64,000 nucleotides of DNA from Octopus sinensis. Lineage: Eukaryota. Below, one piece after another: positions 62,826 to 64,000 of this stretch. How positions within the stretch are numbered: position 1 is the first letter of the stretch; each line of letters starts with the position of its first letter. The position numbers were made by a program, and so were the translations under genes. Under the pieces are notes generated by a model, which saw only the letters and a list, made by a program, of their open reading frames with translations, did not search any database and had not been told where the DNA came from. Location: NCBI RefSeq assembly GCF_006345805.1, contig NW_021833437.1, positions 1-64,000 of the forward strand, in the 5' to 3' direction.

Positions 62826-63070
62826 AGAAGACACTCGGCGAGCAATGGAAGAAAATGTGAAGAAAGAAGGAAAAAAATAATAATAAAGATAATAATAATT
62901 ATAATGGTAATAATAATAATGATGATGATGATGATGATGATGATGATACAGAATACACTCGGCGAAAAATGGAAGAAAATTTGAAGAAGAAAAAAAAAAA
63001 TAATGGCAATGATGTTGATGATAATGATGATGATGATGATGATGATAACAACAACAACAACATTAATAAT
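62490..63070. repeat. (TAA)n/(GAT)n field with a duplicated 50-bp unique module
   Basis: ATACAGAA.ACACTCGGCGA..AATGGAAGAAAAT.TGAAGAA near 62822 and 62946. Confidence 0.92.
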
Positions 63071-63713
63071 AATGTTGATAAAGCCATAGAAAAACATTGT
63101 GAAACGCGAAGATGGTATTAATTCCACAGCTTATTGGAGAGTGACACTTTTTGCGTCCATTGGTCATTTATACAAGAGAGGATAAAAAATGAGGTGAGAT
63201 AAGGAACGAGAATTGAAGAAAACAAAAAATGCATATATATATATATAACAAATAAAAAAGAATACAGAAAAGATGTGAAATGAAGTTGATAGGGAATCAA
63301 TGAATAGAGGAATTTACCAAAATGGTTTGTATGCATGAAGACACAGATGTGAATGTGTGTGAGCGTATGTATGTATGTGTGTGTGTGTGTGTGTGTGTTG
63401 TGTGAATGTGATATCTGTTTATTTGCGAAATTGCTTACACCACTGAGAAGCAACCCCAATCTGCATGGAATTAAGTCACCAGCAGTTAGTTCTGGCAAAT
63501 TTTCAAAAGGTGACCTTACTTACTTGCATACGTACTTAGAGATCCGCATGCGTACGGAAAGATATAGTGTCTGACATACATAGATATATATATACATTTG
63601 CCAGATAATGCGTTCTTGCACATCCATGCATATATACTTACTACTACATATATATATACATACAAAAATACATACATATGTACTTAACTATTATAATATA
63701 TAGTATATATATA

Positions 63714-63744
<31 letters not shown>

Positions 63745-64000
63745 CTATATATATATATTATATATATATGTATATACATATATGTATGTAGGTACATATA
63801 TACACAATATTATTGCATATATGTATAATATATATATATATGTATATATAAATATATGTGTGTGTGTGTATATAATATATATATATATAATACATAATTC
63901 ATACATACAAAGATGCACACATAAAAAATACATTTCTGATTGCATACAACCTACCTATATAGTCACAAAGTCACACACACACAGAGGCACGCACACATAT

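Noticed and set aside
62821-62990. Duplicated 50-bp module in the (TAA)n field as a functional repeat
   Set aside because: There are only two diverged copies and it is best explained as microsatellite-mediated local duplication. It is listed as a repeat only.

Overview
This is AT-rich, microsatellite-saturated animal genomic DNA, most likely an octopod cephalopod (Octopus sp.), judged from SINE families I recognise from memory rather than a database search. I find no intact protein-coding gene, rRNA, tRNA gene or CRISPR array. Nearly all ORFs in the supplied track are simple-repeat translations or SINE read-throughs. About 35 copies of at least five tRNA-derived SINE families (S1-S5 here) and long simple-repeat tracts fill much of the window. 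The recognisable coding relics are all transposon pseudogenes: two Penelope-like GIY-YIG retroelements, a Chapaev-type DDE transposase split by a SINE with a 10-bp TSD, a mariner C-terminus, and LINE RT fragments. The main leads are: (1) a dispersed family with a minimal, palindromic hammerhead-ribozyme-like motif and a compensatory stem III change, ending at (TA)n; (2) a LINE-like tail found twice inside (GATA)n arrays; (3) a 13-copy 118-bp satellite and headless multimers derived from one SINE core; (4) two strong hairpins; (5) a MITE carrying TTAGGG repeats. A few unique islands have splice-like signals, but no host gene can be assembled from them.
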